Shown: positions 36,636 through 49,896 of the stretch, piece after piece
Layout: every line of letters begins with the position of its first letter
Numbering within the stretch: the stretch's first letter is position 1
Origin: a virus
Lineage: Duplodnaviria; Heunggongvirae; Uroviricota; Caudoviricetes
Direction: 5' to 3' (one strand)
DNA length: 64,000 nt
Virus record (IMG/VR): IMGVR_UViG_3300028591_000112
Span: 31,934-95,933 of that record
The notes under the pieces: model-generated
What the model was told of the DNA's origin: nothing
Databases searched by the model: none
The model's input: only the letters and a program-made list of their open reading frames with translations
Program-made: the position numbers and the translations under genes

Positions 36636-37134
36636 TTTCTATAGCCCCCGTCTTCATATTTATAATATTTTGATTGCGGCTACCGCGCCATTTCAATGTT
36701 ATATCTCGTTCTTGAAGTATAAACGGGCCTTCAATCAAATAATCTATAGTTGTTAATATTTCCCCAACTCCAATTAAATTAGTATCTTCTCTTAATTGAG
36801 ATAAAGTATACCCTGTCCATAAACAGATTTTAATATCTGGGAATTTATTTTTTACTACTTTTAATAGTAATTTTATGAACTCTCTTTTATCATAAGTATC
36901 TAAAGGTTCTCCACCTAAAATACTTAAATTTCTTTGTATTCCATTTGCAGAAATTAATTCAATAATATGATTTATTAAATCATTTCAATCTCAAGGTTTT
37001 CCGCCATTTGGATTTCAAGTTTCTGGATTATGACATCCCTGACAATGAAAAGGACAGCCTTGAAGGAATAAACTAACGCTTACTCCTTCCCCATTGACGA
37101 AATCATTACTATTAATACCTGCAACCCTAATCAT
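36628..37134 (-). CDS. nrdG: anaerobic ribonucleotide reductase activating protein (radical SAM)
   Basis: RBS ggagaattgaaATG. CPFHCQGCHNPETW (CxxxCxxC). Three TGA codons, one at a Trp aligning with E. coli NrdG (STW). Lies directly downstream of nrdD. Confidence 0.75.
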
Positions 37135-38095
37135 TTCAATTCTCCAATTTTTTAGAATGTTTATATCTTTGTTCAGTCTCTTGTTGTTTTCCTTTATTAA
37201 ATGCAGTTTTATAATCTCCTGTTAAATATCCTGTAACGCGTCTAAGTTGTTGAATATGCTCGCTTCCGCACATTGGACATTTATCATTAAATTCATCTGT
37301 ATATCCACAATCTAAACAAGTATCATTTGGAACATTAATTGCAAAATAAGGAATATCTTTATCCATAGCATAATTAACTATTTCTTCAAGAGCATCTAAA
37401 TTATGTTTAACGCCGCCCTCTAGTTCTACATATGTAATACATCCAGCATTACTATATCCAGTTAACTGTGCCTCAATATCTATTTTTTCAAATGGACTCA
37501 TTTCTTTCCATACTGGAACGTGAATACTATTAGTGAAATAATCTCTATCACTAACATTAGGAATAATTCCATATTGTTTTTTAAATTTTTTCATTGATGT
37601 ATAACACATATTCTCAGCAGGAGTATAATAAACACCAATGTTTAAATGTAAATCTTTTTTAAATTGTGCGCATCTATCTTTAAATAGTTGCTCAATTCTT
37701 TTAGCTAACTCCATACCTTCTTCTGTTGTATGGTCTTTACCAATTAATATTTGTAATGTTTCTGCTAAACCTATTTGGCCTATAACAAGAGTTCCATGTT
37801 TCATAGCACTTTCAACTGTTTTGCCATCATAGCCAAGCATAATATTGTTTTCATACATAAACTTAGCAGATTCAGGTGATTGATTAATAATCCAATTATA
37901 TCTTTCTACTAACATATCTTTTGCTTCATATATTTTTTTATCAAGCAATTCCATAAAAGCTTCAATGTCTTTATTAGCTTCCATAGCTAAAGTTGGCATT
38001 ACAATAGTAACAGGACAAATGTTTCCGCGGCCATCCTTAGTTTGAGGATTTACACCTGGATCAGCGTTTATATCACTTCCGTTATAGGTTCTACA
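37127..38095 (-). CDS. nrdD: anaerobic ribonucleoside-triphosphate reductase, exon 2 (C-terminal part including the glycyl-radical motif)
   Basis: Starts TGTAGAACC (CRTYNGS...GRGNICPVTIVMPTL). Zn ribbon CLDCG...CPMCG and RVTGYL glycyl radical site. Ends KLENWND then TAG at 37127. Confidence 0.75.
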
Positions 38096-39188
38096 CGTTT
38101 TTTCCTTATGTTACCATAAGCACTGACTATATCTTCTGCCTTGCGGCAGCCTTCTGCTTCGAGCTGGTGCTTATCTCCAGCCCTACTCCCTTACATTCAT
38201 CAGGGATAGTCGATACACTTTATTTTAAAATTTCAATAATATAACCTTCAATTTGAGGTCTTTCACCTTTTGCTATCTTAGCAATTATTTGTCTACTAGG
38301 TAATTCAGGCATCTCTCTTTCTACTTCTCTATAACTTTTAAATATTTTAATTTCATTAGTAAGAAGTATTGTAATTTTAATTTGAGTTCCTTTTCTTCTA
38401 ATATTTGTAGATACTGTATATTCATTAGTATAATCATCATTTTCATAAGCAATTAATCATTCATCTCTAAATAATTTTTTAATTTCATGATTACATCTTC
38501 TTGAAATGAACTGATGATTATTTTCATTAAAGAATTGTTGCATTTCAGATTGACTTCCAAAATGATATTCTTCATTAGTATTTATATTTTTACATTTAAC
38601 TCCAGTAGCATTTGGATTGTTAGCTCCTAATTTTGAAGCTCTTATTTTTTCACTTATTGTAGCAAGTTCTTCTTTAGTCTTACTCTGATAAGTATTTCCG
38701 CCACTTTTATTTGTAGCATCTGTTTCATTGTAACCATTCTCAATACTGTTATAATATCTAATCCAATACTGTTCCTTTTGAGTTAATTCTTCTTGAGTTT
38801 CTGCAGTATCTATTATTTCTGCTTTAAAATTATCTACTCCATAATATCTTAATGCTCTTGCAAAATGAGTATCAATAATATTATTTAAAGCATCGTTTTT
38901 ATGTCTATTAAATCTTTCTTCTAAAGTTCTTATTGTTTGTCCAATATAAACTTTATTATTTTTTAAATTTGTTATTTTATAAACTATCATAATAAAATCT
39001 CCTTTTCTTTTTCACCAATATATGAAAAATTGTACGGTACATTTTATTAATTTTGTTCATTTTTTTATTGAAATTTTAAAATCTTAGCACGGTCTCATCC
39101 TATCTTTAGGACCTAACCGTTAGCGGCGTTTCCGCCACACCCATTAAGCATGGTTCAAAAGGTTTTAGATGAGCTGTAGTTTACACTT
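38096..39188 (-). other. group I intron (IA-like) interrupting nrdD at STMG|CRT
   Basis: 5' exon ends in U (ATGGGT). Intron ends in G (aaaaaacg) before TGTAGA. Splicing restores the conserved NrdD TMGCR motif. Contains a T4 td-like core GUAUCGACUAUCCC and carries a GIY-YIG ORF. Confidence 0.7.
38220..38990 (-). CDS. GIY-YIG homing endonuclease within the nrdD intron (256 aa)
   Basis: RBS aaaaggagattttattATG. VYKITNLKNNKVYIGQT...YWIRYYNSIENGYN (GIY-YIG). Continues through TGA at 38457-38459 into a C-terminal putative DNA-binding extension; TAA at 38220. Confidence 0.75.
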
Positions 39189-40421
39189 ACCCATCGTTGA
39201 AACATATGTTTTAGGGTCGTTAACATCATATCCAGCATTAACTGACCAATCTACATTAACATAATTAGGATATAATCTTTGTGCTGTTGATTTAAGAGCT
39301 AATTTAAATAAATCATAATTAGGGTCTCCAGGTTTGCGGTTAACTCCTTTCATGCATTGAAATATACCACATGGGAATATTGGAGTTTTTCTAACTTTAC
39401 CCACACCTTCAATAGAACCTTCTAATAATGCTTTTGTAACCATTCTACCTTCAGGTAAAGTACAAGTACCATAATTAATTGAAGTAAATGGTAATTGATT
39501 GCCACTTCTACTTTGTAAAGTGTTTAAGTTATGATACATACCTTGAACAGCTTGCATTAATTCTTTTTCTGTTTTATTAAGTGCATACTTATAAACTTTT
39601 GGGAATTGTTTATAAAAGTCTGCGTCGATAGGTAATTCATCTGATTCTTGTCTTAAATCACTTTCTTCGATATATTCCATACCTTCATTAAAATGTTTTT
39701 TAAATGATAATCTAACATATGGAACCATAGTCCAGTCTAAATGACTTGCACTAACTCCGCCAAATTGTTGTAGGGATTGTAACTGAAATAATACTGCTAC
39801 TAATTGAAATGCTGTATTTATAGAACGGGCTGGTCTTACATCTGTTTGTCTAGTATTAAAACCTTCTGCTAATAATTTATCAAAAGGTACTGTTAAACAA
39901 TTGTGCATACCAACTGCATATGCATCTAAATCATGAATATAGATTTCATTATTTAAATGATTTTCTCTTGCCATAGGTGATACAATATAATTAAGAGCAT
40001 AATCTTTCATAAGTTCGCTTCTTGCTTCACCCATGCGGCCGCCGAATGAATACTCATCAACATTAGCATTTTGATTTTGAACATCAGAAGCTTCAATTTT
40101 CTCTTTAATATTTTGCATCAATTTACTATTAGCATTTCTAATTTTTGTTCTTTCTTCTCTATAAAGAATATAATTTTTAGCGACATCTTTTCTTTTTGTT
40201 GACATTAAACCTTTTTCAACAAGGTCTTGAATTTCTTCAATTCCAGGTGTTTCATCAACATCTAAAAAATATCCTTCAATATAACTAGCTATATTTTCAG
40301 CCTTTTCTCTTGCATAATCGGTAATTTCACCATCTACGTCTTGAAATGCGGCAAGAATCGCATTTTGAATCTTAGTTGCATCAAATGGAACTATACGTCC
40401 ATCTCTTTTAATAACATTCAT
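39189..40421 (-). CDS. nrdD: anaerobic ribonucleoside-triphosphate reductase, exon 1 (ATP-cone and N-terminal core)
   Basis: RBS gaggagg. MNVIKRDGRIVPFDATKIQNAI (ATP cone). Intact 411 codons with no TGA. Ends YVSTMG at the intron. Confidence 0.75.
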
Positions 40422-40470
40422 TATTAATCCTCCTCAGTATTTAATTATTTCGAGTTGGTTATAACTCTAT

Positions 40471-41061
40471 TTATATATGAAAAGTTTTTTTAATAGATGA
40501 ATCTAATCTGCTTAAGCAGCTATGCTCTTTTAAAAATAAATAAAAATTTTCTAAATTTACATTATTTCCATTATAGTAAGTATAAAAATCAAAATCTAAA
40601 TCTACATTAAAGTCTTTTGAATCACTTAAAAAACGTCTGCATATCTCTTCACAATTTGGTTTATCTTCTCGATTTAAAGAGCGCATTAAACGAGTTTTAT
40701 CTTCGCAAGCAATGAGAATAGGAGTAATATCTAAATTATTATCTTGTAATAAACACTCTAATGCATGGATATTAAATACTCCTATATTAATATTATTTTC
40801 TTTTAAATCATCTCTTGCTGTACCATAAAATCAATTATTAAAACTTGTTGCTTCTAACATTGTTCCATCTAAAACTTTTAGTCCAAACTCTTCTTCTGTT
40901 AGAAAATGATAATTTACATCTTCTTTTTCATATTCTCTTTTTGGTCTTGTTGTTGTAGTAATAATTTTATTAAAACCAGTTTTATTAACTATATAATTTA
41001 ATAAAGTATCTTTACCACATCCGCTAGGGCCAAAAAGGGCAATAACTTTTATTTTATTCAT
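40471..41061 (-). CDS. gmk: guanylate kinase-like nucleoside monophosphate kinase
   Basis: P-loop GPSGCGKDTL, TTTRPKREYEKEDVNYHFLTEEEF, FYGT. Two ORF-track fragments joined through TGA. Start overlaps the dnaE end. Confidence 0.65.
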
Positions 41062-43688
41062 TATTACCGCCCTTTCTATCATGTCTTAATTGCATATTTC
41101 CCTTTTCATCTATTTGTTCAATTAAATATATTTGATGTGTTTGTGTCTTTGTATAGGTCTTAGCTACAAAAGTATCATCTCTTCTAAATCCAGTTATCAT
41201 TAATTTTGTTCCTCTTGTGAACCAGCCTTTTTCTATAACATGTTTTGTTCCATCTGCTTGAAGTTCACTTATTTGTCTATTATACATAGCAAAATAATCT
41301 TTAGTAAATTTAATTGGAACAATACCATCTGGAGTTAATAAAGTGACACTATTTTTTGTATCATTTTTATTAATAACAGTTCCTACTATTTTAAATGTTT
41401 TAAAAATAGGAATTTCTTTACCATTTCTTTTAAACATTTGATCGACTTGCGGATTAGGGGATAAATTAAAGAAATCTGTTAGTCCATATTTTAAATTATT
41501 TACATGAGATAATTCATGTTCATGATAATAGAAACATAAAGCTTCCATCTCCCATGCAGATAAATTGCCTTGTGCATATTTATCTCATGCTTCTTTAAAT
41601 AATAAAATATTAAACTTTTTAAGCATTTCCGCTTGATGTTCTTGTATATATGTGCGGGCTTCCGCCATTACATCTTGATAAATTTTATCCCATCTTGTTT
41701 GCAATATACAAGTTAATCCATTAATTACTTCTAATTGGTCTATATCAAAATTTGCATTATAAAATGTTTCACATACATTATTAAATACATAATATTTTCC
41801 AACTTTTTGATTTGCTTTTAAATATCTATTAAATTTAAAAGTTTTCTTTTGGAACTCTAATTCTTCAGGAATTAAATCATGTTCTAATAATCCATTAAAA
41901 TTTTGTAATGTTAATCTTTTCTTTGCATCGCAAGTTTTACTTAAATAATATGTCATTGTCCAAAAACGTGGTTCTACATTTGCGGCAGCAGCATATTGTT
42001 TATCTACTTTATCAAAAGCTCCTGCTTTAATCAAACTAATCATTGCACTTTTATTTAATGGACATCTATTAATAAAATCTGCTATTCCAATATATGGACG
42101 TCCGTTTTTAATTTGTTCTATAATAGGCCCACCAATATTACTTAATGCCTTCATACCAAATAAAATTTCATTATTATCTACATCTGGCTCAAAACTATAA
42201 TCAGATTTATTAATATCAACTAAACTAACTTTAATTCCTTTACTTATAATATCACTTAATGCTTTTGCAATTTTACTATAATCTGTTGTTTTTTCTTTCT
42301 TTTCTACAATATATCCATCTTCATCTTCTTCAAAATCGCTATCTTCTTCTAAACTTCCGCTATTAACTATTAAACATGCGGTATTCCAATATATTGGGTT
42401 CCATCTTGTTGCTACATACATAGTTTGAAAACCTATAAAACTATATGCTAATGCGTGAATAATTGAGAATGAATATCCCATTTGAGGACCAACTCCGCAA
42501 GTTCAAACATAATGGCCTAAACAAGGACTTGCCGCTTGATCTAATACCTGTTGTCTTAATGCTGGAATTTTACTCATTTGTTTCTTTCCAACTATTTTAC
42601 GTGCGGCATTTGCATCTTTTAATGAGAAATTACATATATGTTCATCCATTAACATTCTCATTAATTGCTCTTGACTTGGCGGAACTCCGTGAGAGCTCTT
42701 AAAATATGGCTCTAATGTTTTTTGTTCTTCTTTTGTTAAACCATATTCATCCATTTCTTTATACCATAAATTAATATTATTTTTAAATCTAATATATTTA
42801 TCCATTGGAGATTCTTGACCTTTTTCTGCTGTCATTAATCTCATTAATCCATTTGCATCAGCCATTTCCATTATATTAGATGGCTTAATTTTCTTAGCGG
42901 CTTGACTTCCTACGTCACTATCAAATTGAAAAATATTTAATACATTATTTTCTTGAAGAACTTTCCAATATTTATCTTCTTCAATAGGAAGAACATTTGG
43001 ATGAAAATATTTATTATAAACTTCTCTTAAAGTTAAATCATTTTCTATTTCTCCATAATCTTGTAACATTCTAATAGCTTCCGCTAATTTATCTTGAACT
43101 TCAGTTACTAAAAAGTCATATTTAGTCATTCCGCATGCTTCACACATATGTAAGTCATATGCAGTGATTACCTCTCCTTTTGGAGTTCTCATAAACGAAC
43201 CAAATTCATACGGATCTTCATCAAATAATATAACTCCTGAGGCATGACTACTTCTTTTATTTACTAGTCCTTCTATTCCCATCATTATATCTAATAAACC
43301 AGGGAATTGATTAACTTCATTAATAAATGTTTTATTAGGTTTTCTATCTTTGTCTTCATTTCCATATACAACATCATTTAAAGACCATAAAAATCCACGT
43401 TCACTAGGAATTAATGAACTTAAATATTGAGCTGTATCAACATCTATTCCATCAGGAAAATCTTCACTACGATATCCGCGGCAAGCGGTTAATATAGTTG
43501 AACGAGTTCCTTCTGTACCAAAAGTTGCTATTAAAGTACAACCTAAATTTTTTCTACTTATTTCATTTATATCACTATTAAAATTTTGTCCTCTTTCTTT
43601 TTTAATTTCATTTAAAATTTTAGGACGCTTACTAGGACATAAATCTAAATCTATATCTCCTAATTCTACACGCTCTTTATTTAAATCA
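41054..43688 (-). CDS. dnaE: DNA polymerase III alpha (DnaE-type), exon 2
   Basis: Starts (F)DLNKERVELGDIDLDLC (the PDIDIDF motif). Contains HASGVIL and a C-terminal OB fold. ORF-track fragments 42503-43285, 41585-42481 and 41054-41548 are in one frame joined by TGA. Confidence 0.7.
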
Positions 43689-44707
43689 CGTTATCCACCA
43701 TTTCTGATGGCGTAGACTATATCTTATTCTTTAAATATTTTCTATAAAATAACCACAGTAATATCCATTTCCTGCCCTAGCAGCTTTTAATCCAGCTCTT
43801 GCGCTTTCTACTTTAGTAGTTTTACATATTTTATTTTCTACAAATCATTCAGCACAATCTTTTACGGAATCAAATTCTTTATGAAAATCATTTTTACTTA
43901 TCATAATTCTTTGTCCAGCTGCTTGTCTAAAACTAAATCTTGGAATATTATTTTGATTTAATATATCATCTACTGTTGAATGATTAATTCCAAAATTTAA
44001 TGCTGTTTTTCTTGCACTTCTAGTTTTATAATAATCTTCAATAATTTCTTTATTTGGAAGCATTTTATGGTATTGTTGACCTCCAAATGTTTCATTATAT
44101 CCTTTTACAAAACTATTATAATAATCTATCCAATAAATTTCCGCCTTATCTAATTGTTCATAAGTCTCTATATTATCTTGAAGAACTTCAAAAGTAAAAT
44201 TTTCAATTCCATATTTTCTCATAGCTTTATATAAAGTTTTGTTAATACAATTTGGATGATTGATATTTATATTTCTTTTATGTTCTTTTCATCTTTCTTC
44301 AGCAGTTTTTATTGTTTGACCAATATAACATTTATTATTTATTTTATTTGTTATTTTATAAATTAACATATTAATCTCTCCTTTTCTATTATTATATGAA
44401 AAGTAGATTAATATTTTTCTACCTTTTTGACCAAAGTGGTAGAAAATATTTAAAGATTTTCGCACTTCGAGTAGTAACTCATCTTCTACTCTACTCCTTT
44501 CGGATAGTCGTTACACCTTGCGGCGACTGCCGCCTTGGCACTGGATTACCTTCAACTTTACTTGCTAAGGTTTCCCTGTTAGCATAAGAATTAATTAACC
44601 ATTTCCTGTTAAAACTGTTCGTTTCTTACACACCCTTGAGTAACAAGGTTCACGAAATTTTTTATACTATACATTACTGTATAGGGCACCTATTTCTTAA
44701 AAGTTCT
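43689..44707 (-). other. group I intron interrupting dnaE at KWSLPFWRF|DLNKERV
   Basis: 5' exon ends CGCTT (U). Intron ends ...gataacg (G). The joined exons give a continuous alignment to the DnaE consensus KYNLLFERFLNPERV. Core GUAACGACUAUCCG (+ strand 44491-44514) resembles the T4 td intron P7 region. Confidence 0.6.
43724..44369 (-). CDS. GIY-YIG homing endonuclease within the dnaE intron (about 215 aa)
   Basis: RBS aaaaggagagattaatATG. LIYKITNKINNKCYIGQT...YWIDYYNSFVKGYN. Two in-frame TGA codons (44222, 43845). TAA at 43724. Confidence 0.7.
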
Positions 44708-46023
44708 AAGCGCCAGAAAGGTAAACTTCATTTGATTGGATCAAGTTGAGTTATTCCCAATAAATAATGATTAAGACCAGAACAACTTGAACCACGGCCT
44801 GCACCAACGATGCTGCCGCACTCCCAGAATAAATCAACGTAATGTTGTAAAGTTACTGGATAACTAAACATATTAGTTCCTAATTTTTCACTAATTGTTT
44901 GCTTTATATCAGCTTCTTCTTCTAATCTATCTAAATACTCTTGATTAAATTTTCCTATTTGTTGAAGTTTATTAATACATTCGTTAACCCAATATCTATT
45001 AACTTTATCATCTGAGTTTGCTAATTCATTTAATATTGGATAATTACTTATTCCTGTATATCCTTTAGGATAATCTTTTACTTCAACATGCGGAATTGTT
45101 TGTGCATGAGCTAAATTATAATTTTCTATTTGATTATATATTTCTATACTATTATTATATAATTCATTAATAAAATCTATATTAAATTCAGATGCATTTA
45201 AATTATTTATTATATCATTATCATCTTGAAGATAAGCAAATTCATAAAATTCATCCACTTCACGTTCTCCAAATTTACTATTTAAATATGCTTTGTGAAC
45301 ATATCTATCTTCTTTTTTAAGATAATGTGCATCTGTTCCAATAACCATTTTTAAACCAAATGCTTTTGCTATTGCAGGTAATCTTTTATTTACTGCAACT
45401 TGTTCTTTGCTACTTCCAGGCGCACACTCTATATAAAAGTTTTGTTCTCCAAAAACTTTTTTACACCATAATAAAAAATTTACTATATTACTATGTGCGG
45501 CAGTCGCGCCTTCGCTATCACCCGTTTGTTCACATTTTATTAATTCTAATGTATTGACAGATAATTCTCCACCTAGACATGCTGTTGTTCCTATTAAACT
45601 ATTAGGATATTTTTTTAAAATTAATTCTAAATCATCTTTTAATGTTGGAACCCTTTCTAAACCTCTATCCCAATAACTATTTAACCAAGCTAAAGAGGAT
45701 AATTCTCTTAAAGCTCTATGTCCTTCTTTATTTTTTGCTATTAAAATAAAGTGATAATATCTTTGTCCTTTATCTCTTGTATCTGTTAAATATATTTCAT
45801 TTCCTAAAGCAATTTTAAAATCAGGATGTTCTTTTTGAATTTCTTGTTGATAAAAGTTTAATTCAGGATGAGAACAGATTGCTTCATGGTCTGTGATTGC
45901 AATTCCTTTTAATCCAAGTTCAATAGCACGGTTTACTAAATCTTTAGGTCTATTAATTGAGTCAAGTAAACGAAGATTTGAGTAATAAGTGTGAGAATGC
46001 ACTTCGAAACGAGATACTTCCAT
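44708..46023 (-). CDS. dnaE: DNA polymerase III alpha (DnaE-type), exon 1 (PHP domain)
   Basis: MEVSRFEVHSHTYYS...GIAITDHEA is the PHP domain N-terminus. 431 codons without TGA, then TGA and a short tail up to the intron. Confidence 0.7.
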
Positions 46024-46089
46024 ATATTTCCTCCTCCCATACCATATATATATTTATTATAATACAAAATTATTTAAAAATCAAATAGA

Positions 46090-46557
46090 CTACCTGATTG
46101 GGTAGTCTAGTTCTTTGCAATCTATACCATGCATTTGAAAAAAATCTATAAGAGACTTTCTTTCACTGCATAAATTATTTGGAGCTTCATACACTATTAA
46201 TACTGCAATAGGCTCTTCTTTAATATTATTTTCATAACAATAGTCATTACAAAATTGAGTAATTCCTTTTATCATTTTGTTAAAATCAATATTATTTAAA
46301 TTATCGCGGTAGTCAGCTAAAAACGTGCATTGATCTGGATTTTTCTCCATACACGGACATCCGCATTGAGTACACTTTCCTTGAGTGATTATAGGTTGAA
46401 GACGTAATCCATTTAAAATTCCTCGTTTATCTTGAAATATATGGTCTTCACCCTCTCATTCATGAAATCATTGAGGGTCAGATATGCAAGTAGACATAGG
46501 AATCATATTAGGTTTAAAATTTCTTATTTGATAAAAATAACTAATTCTGATTTGCAT
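46090..46557 (-). CDS. hypothetical Cys-rich protein (155 aa)
   Basis: ATG at 46557. Two TGA codons. CTQCGCPC cluster plus further Cys pairs. Weak RBS. Confidence 0.3.
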
Positions 46558-46819
46558 GCTTATAACCAGTTCCCATAAACATATTTTTATTTTTATAAAA
46601 ATTTCTTATAGAATTAGCTAAAATTAATGAATCACTTAATTCTTGAGTTTGGCCTTCTCTTGGTTTATATCTAAAAGCATATTTATACGTTCTAGTTTCT
46701 TTTGTTAAATCTATAATTTTATATACTCCAATTTTATTGCCTCTTTTTCTTGTAAAGCCTAAATACCAAATTGCCCATTTGTCATTCATTACTGTTTGAA
46801 ATTTATATCTTTTACTCAT
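46541..46819 (-). CDS. hypothetical protein (92 aa)
   Basis: RBS aagaaaggattaataaaaATG. TAG stop. Confidence 0.4.
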   Translation of the reverse strand: MSKRYKFQTVMNDKWAIWYLGFTRKRGNKIGVYKIIDLTKETRTYKYAFRYKPREGQTQELSDSLILANSIRNFYKNKNMFMGTGYKHANQN

Positions 46820-46825
46820 TTTTAT

Positions 46826-48024
46826 TAATCCTTTCTTATAATCACTAGTTTTTTAGCTGCTCTAGTGCATGCAGTATATAATCATTTTTGATGTTCCTGT
46901 TTATCATATGGGAAGCCTTCTTCTATAACTAATACATTATCTCATTCACTGCCTTGCGATTTATGACATGTAATCGCATATCCATAAGTAAATTGATGCG
47001 GGATACTATTTTTATATTGTTTATGTTTTCCCATTCTATATAATGTTTTCCAATCTAAAGAAGATTCACCTGTTAAAATTAAATTTTTATCCATATCTAA
47101 TTGTCCATAATCTTCTTCTGTGTCAGAAATAAAATCTGCATATAGAATAGGTATAAATTTTTGTTCGCCTCCACATAAATAACCAGGTATTCTTAAAGTT
47201 GAATTAAAACTATTTTTTAAAAAACCAATAGTCCCATTTACTAGAGGATTATTATTTGTTGAAATTGTATCTCAATCATTTTTTAAACAAATAACTTTAT
47301 CTCCATCTTCTGGGTCTTTATCTCGTCCTAAGAGTTGTCTCATTTGATTATTAAGAGCAACTCTAGTCGCATTTGTTGAACATATAATCTGGTCTGCTCA
47401 TTGCAACATACCTGTTGTAAGTTCTTCTTTATCTAATATTTGAACTTCTTTTCCAATGAAATGATTTAAAGGTTTTCCTACCCTTATATCCATTGTTAAT
47501 TGAATAATCTCACTTTGATCCTCTTGTCTCATAATCTCATCTAAGAAAATATGAGGATGCTCTAATAAATGATTATCTTCATCTTTATTAACTGGCGGCA
47601 ATTGACCTGGATCTCCTAAACATATAATATGAACTTTATATGTAGACAATCTCATAATTAAATCTTTAGGCACCATACTACACTCATCAATAATAACAAT
47701 TTTTTCTTTTATTGAAACAACTGGTTTTCTAAAAAAAGTCCCATCTGGCTTAGGAATAGATTCAAAAAGTAATTTATGTAAAGTACATACATTTTTATTA
47801 CCTTTTTTTTGTAAAACTTGTGTAGCCTTTCCTGTAAAAGATGTGTAAACAATATCTTTTTCAGGGTCAATTCCATAATCTTGAAGGGCGTCTACAATAA
47901 ATTTAATTAGAGTTGATTTTCCTGTACCAGCATATCCGCTAATGATAGTGCATTTTTCTCCTGCAGTATATCGAGCTATTGCAATTTTTAATCCTTCTAA
48001 TTGTTTCTTATTTAATTCTATCAT
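46826..48024 (-). CDS. Dda/RecD-like SF1 DNA helicase
   Basis: Walker A GYAGTGKST, Walker B IIDECSM, C-terminal ITCHKSQGSEWDNVLV motif. One TGA read through. Confidence 0.7.
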
Positions 48025-48085
48025 TAGATTTTCACCTTTCTAATATTTATATTAATATTATATTTATAAATTAAATAAAAATCAA

Positions 48086-49882
48086 TTAAAAGTTATATTT
48101 ACTCTGCCCAATAATTTCATAATCTTCAATTAGAAGTTGAGGAGTAATATTTCCATTTCATTCATTAGCATTGCACTTTCCTATTAAATTAATTTCTATA
48201 TAACCGTCACTATATAATCTATCATATTCTTCTTGAGAACTATTAAATTTTATAATACTTATTTTATTAGGTAATGTAATTTTCAAAGTTGGTTTTTTAT
48301 CAGGAGACATTAAAGTTAAGTTGTCTTTAGTTATTTTTAAATTTTCAATACATATTAAACTTTCATCTATATCTTGACCTCATATATCAGATAAATTAGC
48401 TATATCTAAAATAATATTTGGATTAACATCTACTCCTTTAAATATGTAATCAACATAATATAATGGTTCAGATTCCATATTTACAAGGGCTATATCAGTT
48501 AGTTCTATAAATTTTTTAATATTTTCTTGTTTAATACCAATACCAAAAGCATTTTGATGCCCCTCTGCATATTCTACTAGCCCAGTTTCTTGACATATAT
48601 CTTTGAAGTTTTCTATACCAGATTTAGAATATCCACGTGCACTACCTTGATAAATAATATCATAATGTATATTTTCATCTGGGTCAATAGCAATATCTTG
48701 TACTAGATGTTTTGTCAACATTAATACAGGTCTTTGATATTTAGCCATTATTTTATTGGCTATTAAACCTGCGATATTTGGATCTATTTGCCCAGGCTCT
48801 AATAAAAACATAAGAACCTTATGCTTCATCATATTATTTTCCTCTATCATTCCTTCAACAAGTTCCATACCTTTATCTTGTTCTCTTGTTTGTCTACTTT
48901 TTACATTAGTAGCAGTACGTAAAGCTTGGTCTACTAATTTTTCCATTTCACCTAGCTTATGTCCGCGTTTATTTGATAATATTTCTTTAAATGCTTCTGA
49001 TTTTAGCATTGATTTAAATAATATTTCTTTTTCTTCTAATGTTCCACTTCTAACCATTGAGTTTATAAATGGGACTATATAAAATGCTGCTCCTATTGGG
49101 GTTATTTTATTACCTAAAGAATAAGAGTTTTTTTCTGCCATTCCATATATAAATGGGTTTTTTATATTTTCACTGCGGAAACCTTTGGTTATAATATGTT
49201 TAGTTTCTATTGATTTAAGACTCATCATATCGCCGCAATTTCCAAGAGCAGCAAGGTCTATATATTGTTCTGCATTAAACCCACCTCTAATTTTATCAAA
49301 ATAACGACAAAATTGCCATACAACTCCAGCACCTGATAATTGCTTATTTGGATAATTAGATAATTGATTATTTATTACAATAGCATCTTCAGAGATATAA
49401 GGCGCCTCATGGTGGTCTAAAATAATAATTTCTCTACCTTCTTCTTTTAATTTTTTATGATATTCATAATCATTACTTGCGGCATCAGGTATAATAATTA
49501 ATTTAAAATTATTTTTTTCTATATAATCTATACAGTCACTTAATCCATGAGTTTTGTCTTCATGTAAATAATATTTTAAATGATTAGTTACAAAAGATGG
49601 AAATAAATCATATAAATAATTTATAAGTATTGCGGCGGCCGTGTATCCATCACAATCGCAGTCTACCAATACCAAAGTGTCGTTATTTTCATTTATAGCC
49701 TTGGCTAAGATTAAAATAGCTTGCTTAATGACGTCTTGACCAAACATTTCCGCATTATTAATATCATTATCTGTTGTGTTTAAATAGTGATGAGTTTCAC
49801 TTAAAGGAATACCTCTGTTAAATAGTATTTGTTGTTCTGGACTTAATCTTGTGTCTATTTCATTTATTAATTTATATTTCAT
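48086..49882 (-). CDS. recJ: RecJ-like DHH-family single-strand DNA exonuclease
   Basis: VDCDCDGYTAAAIL and IIILDHHE (DHH motifs), DHHA1-like AEGHQNAFGIGI. 500 codons without TGA, then one TGA and a 98-codon tail to TAA at 48086. Confidence 0.65.
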
Positions 49883-49896
49883 ATATATTATCTCCT

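Noticed and set aside
44396-44587. Plus-strand ORF of 63 aa inside the dnaE intron.
   Set aside because: It lies antisense to the structured core of a minus-strand group I intron. It has an alternative start and no RBS, and is most likely noise.
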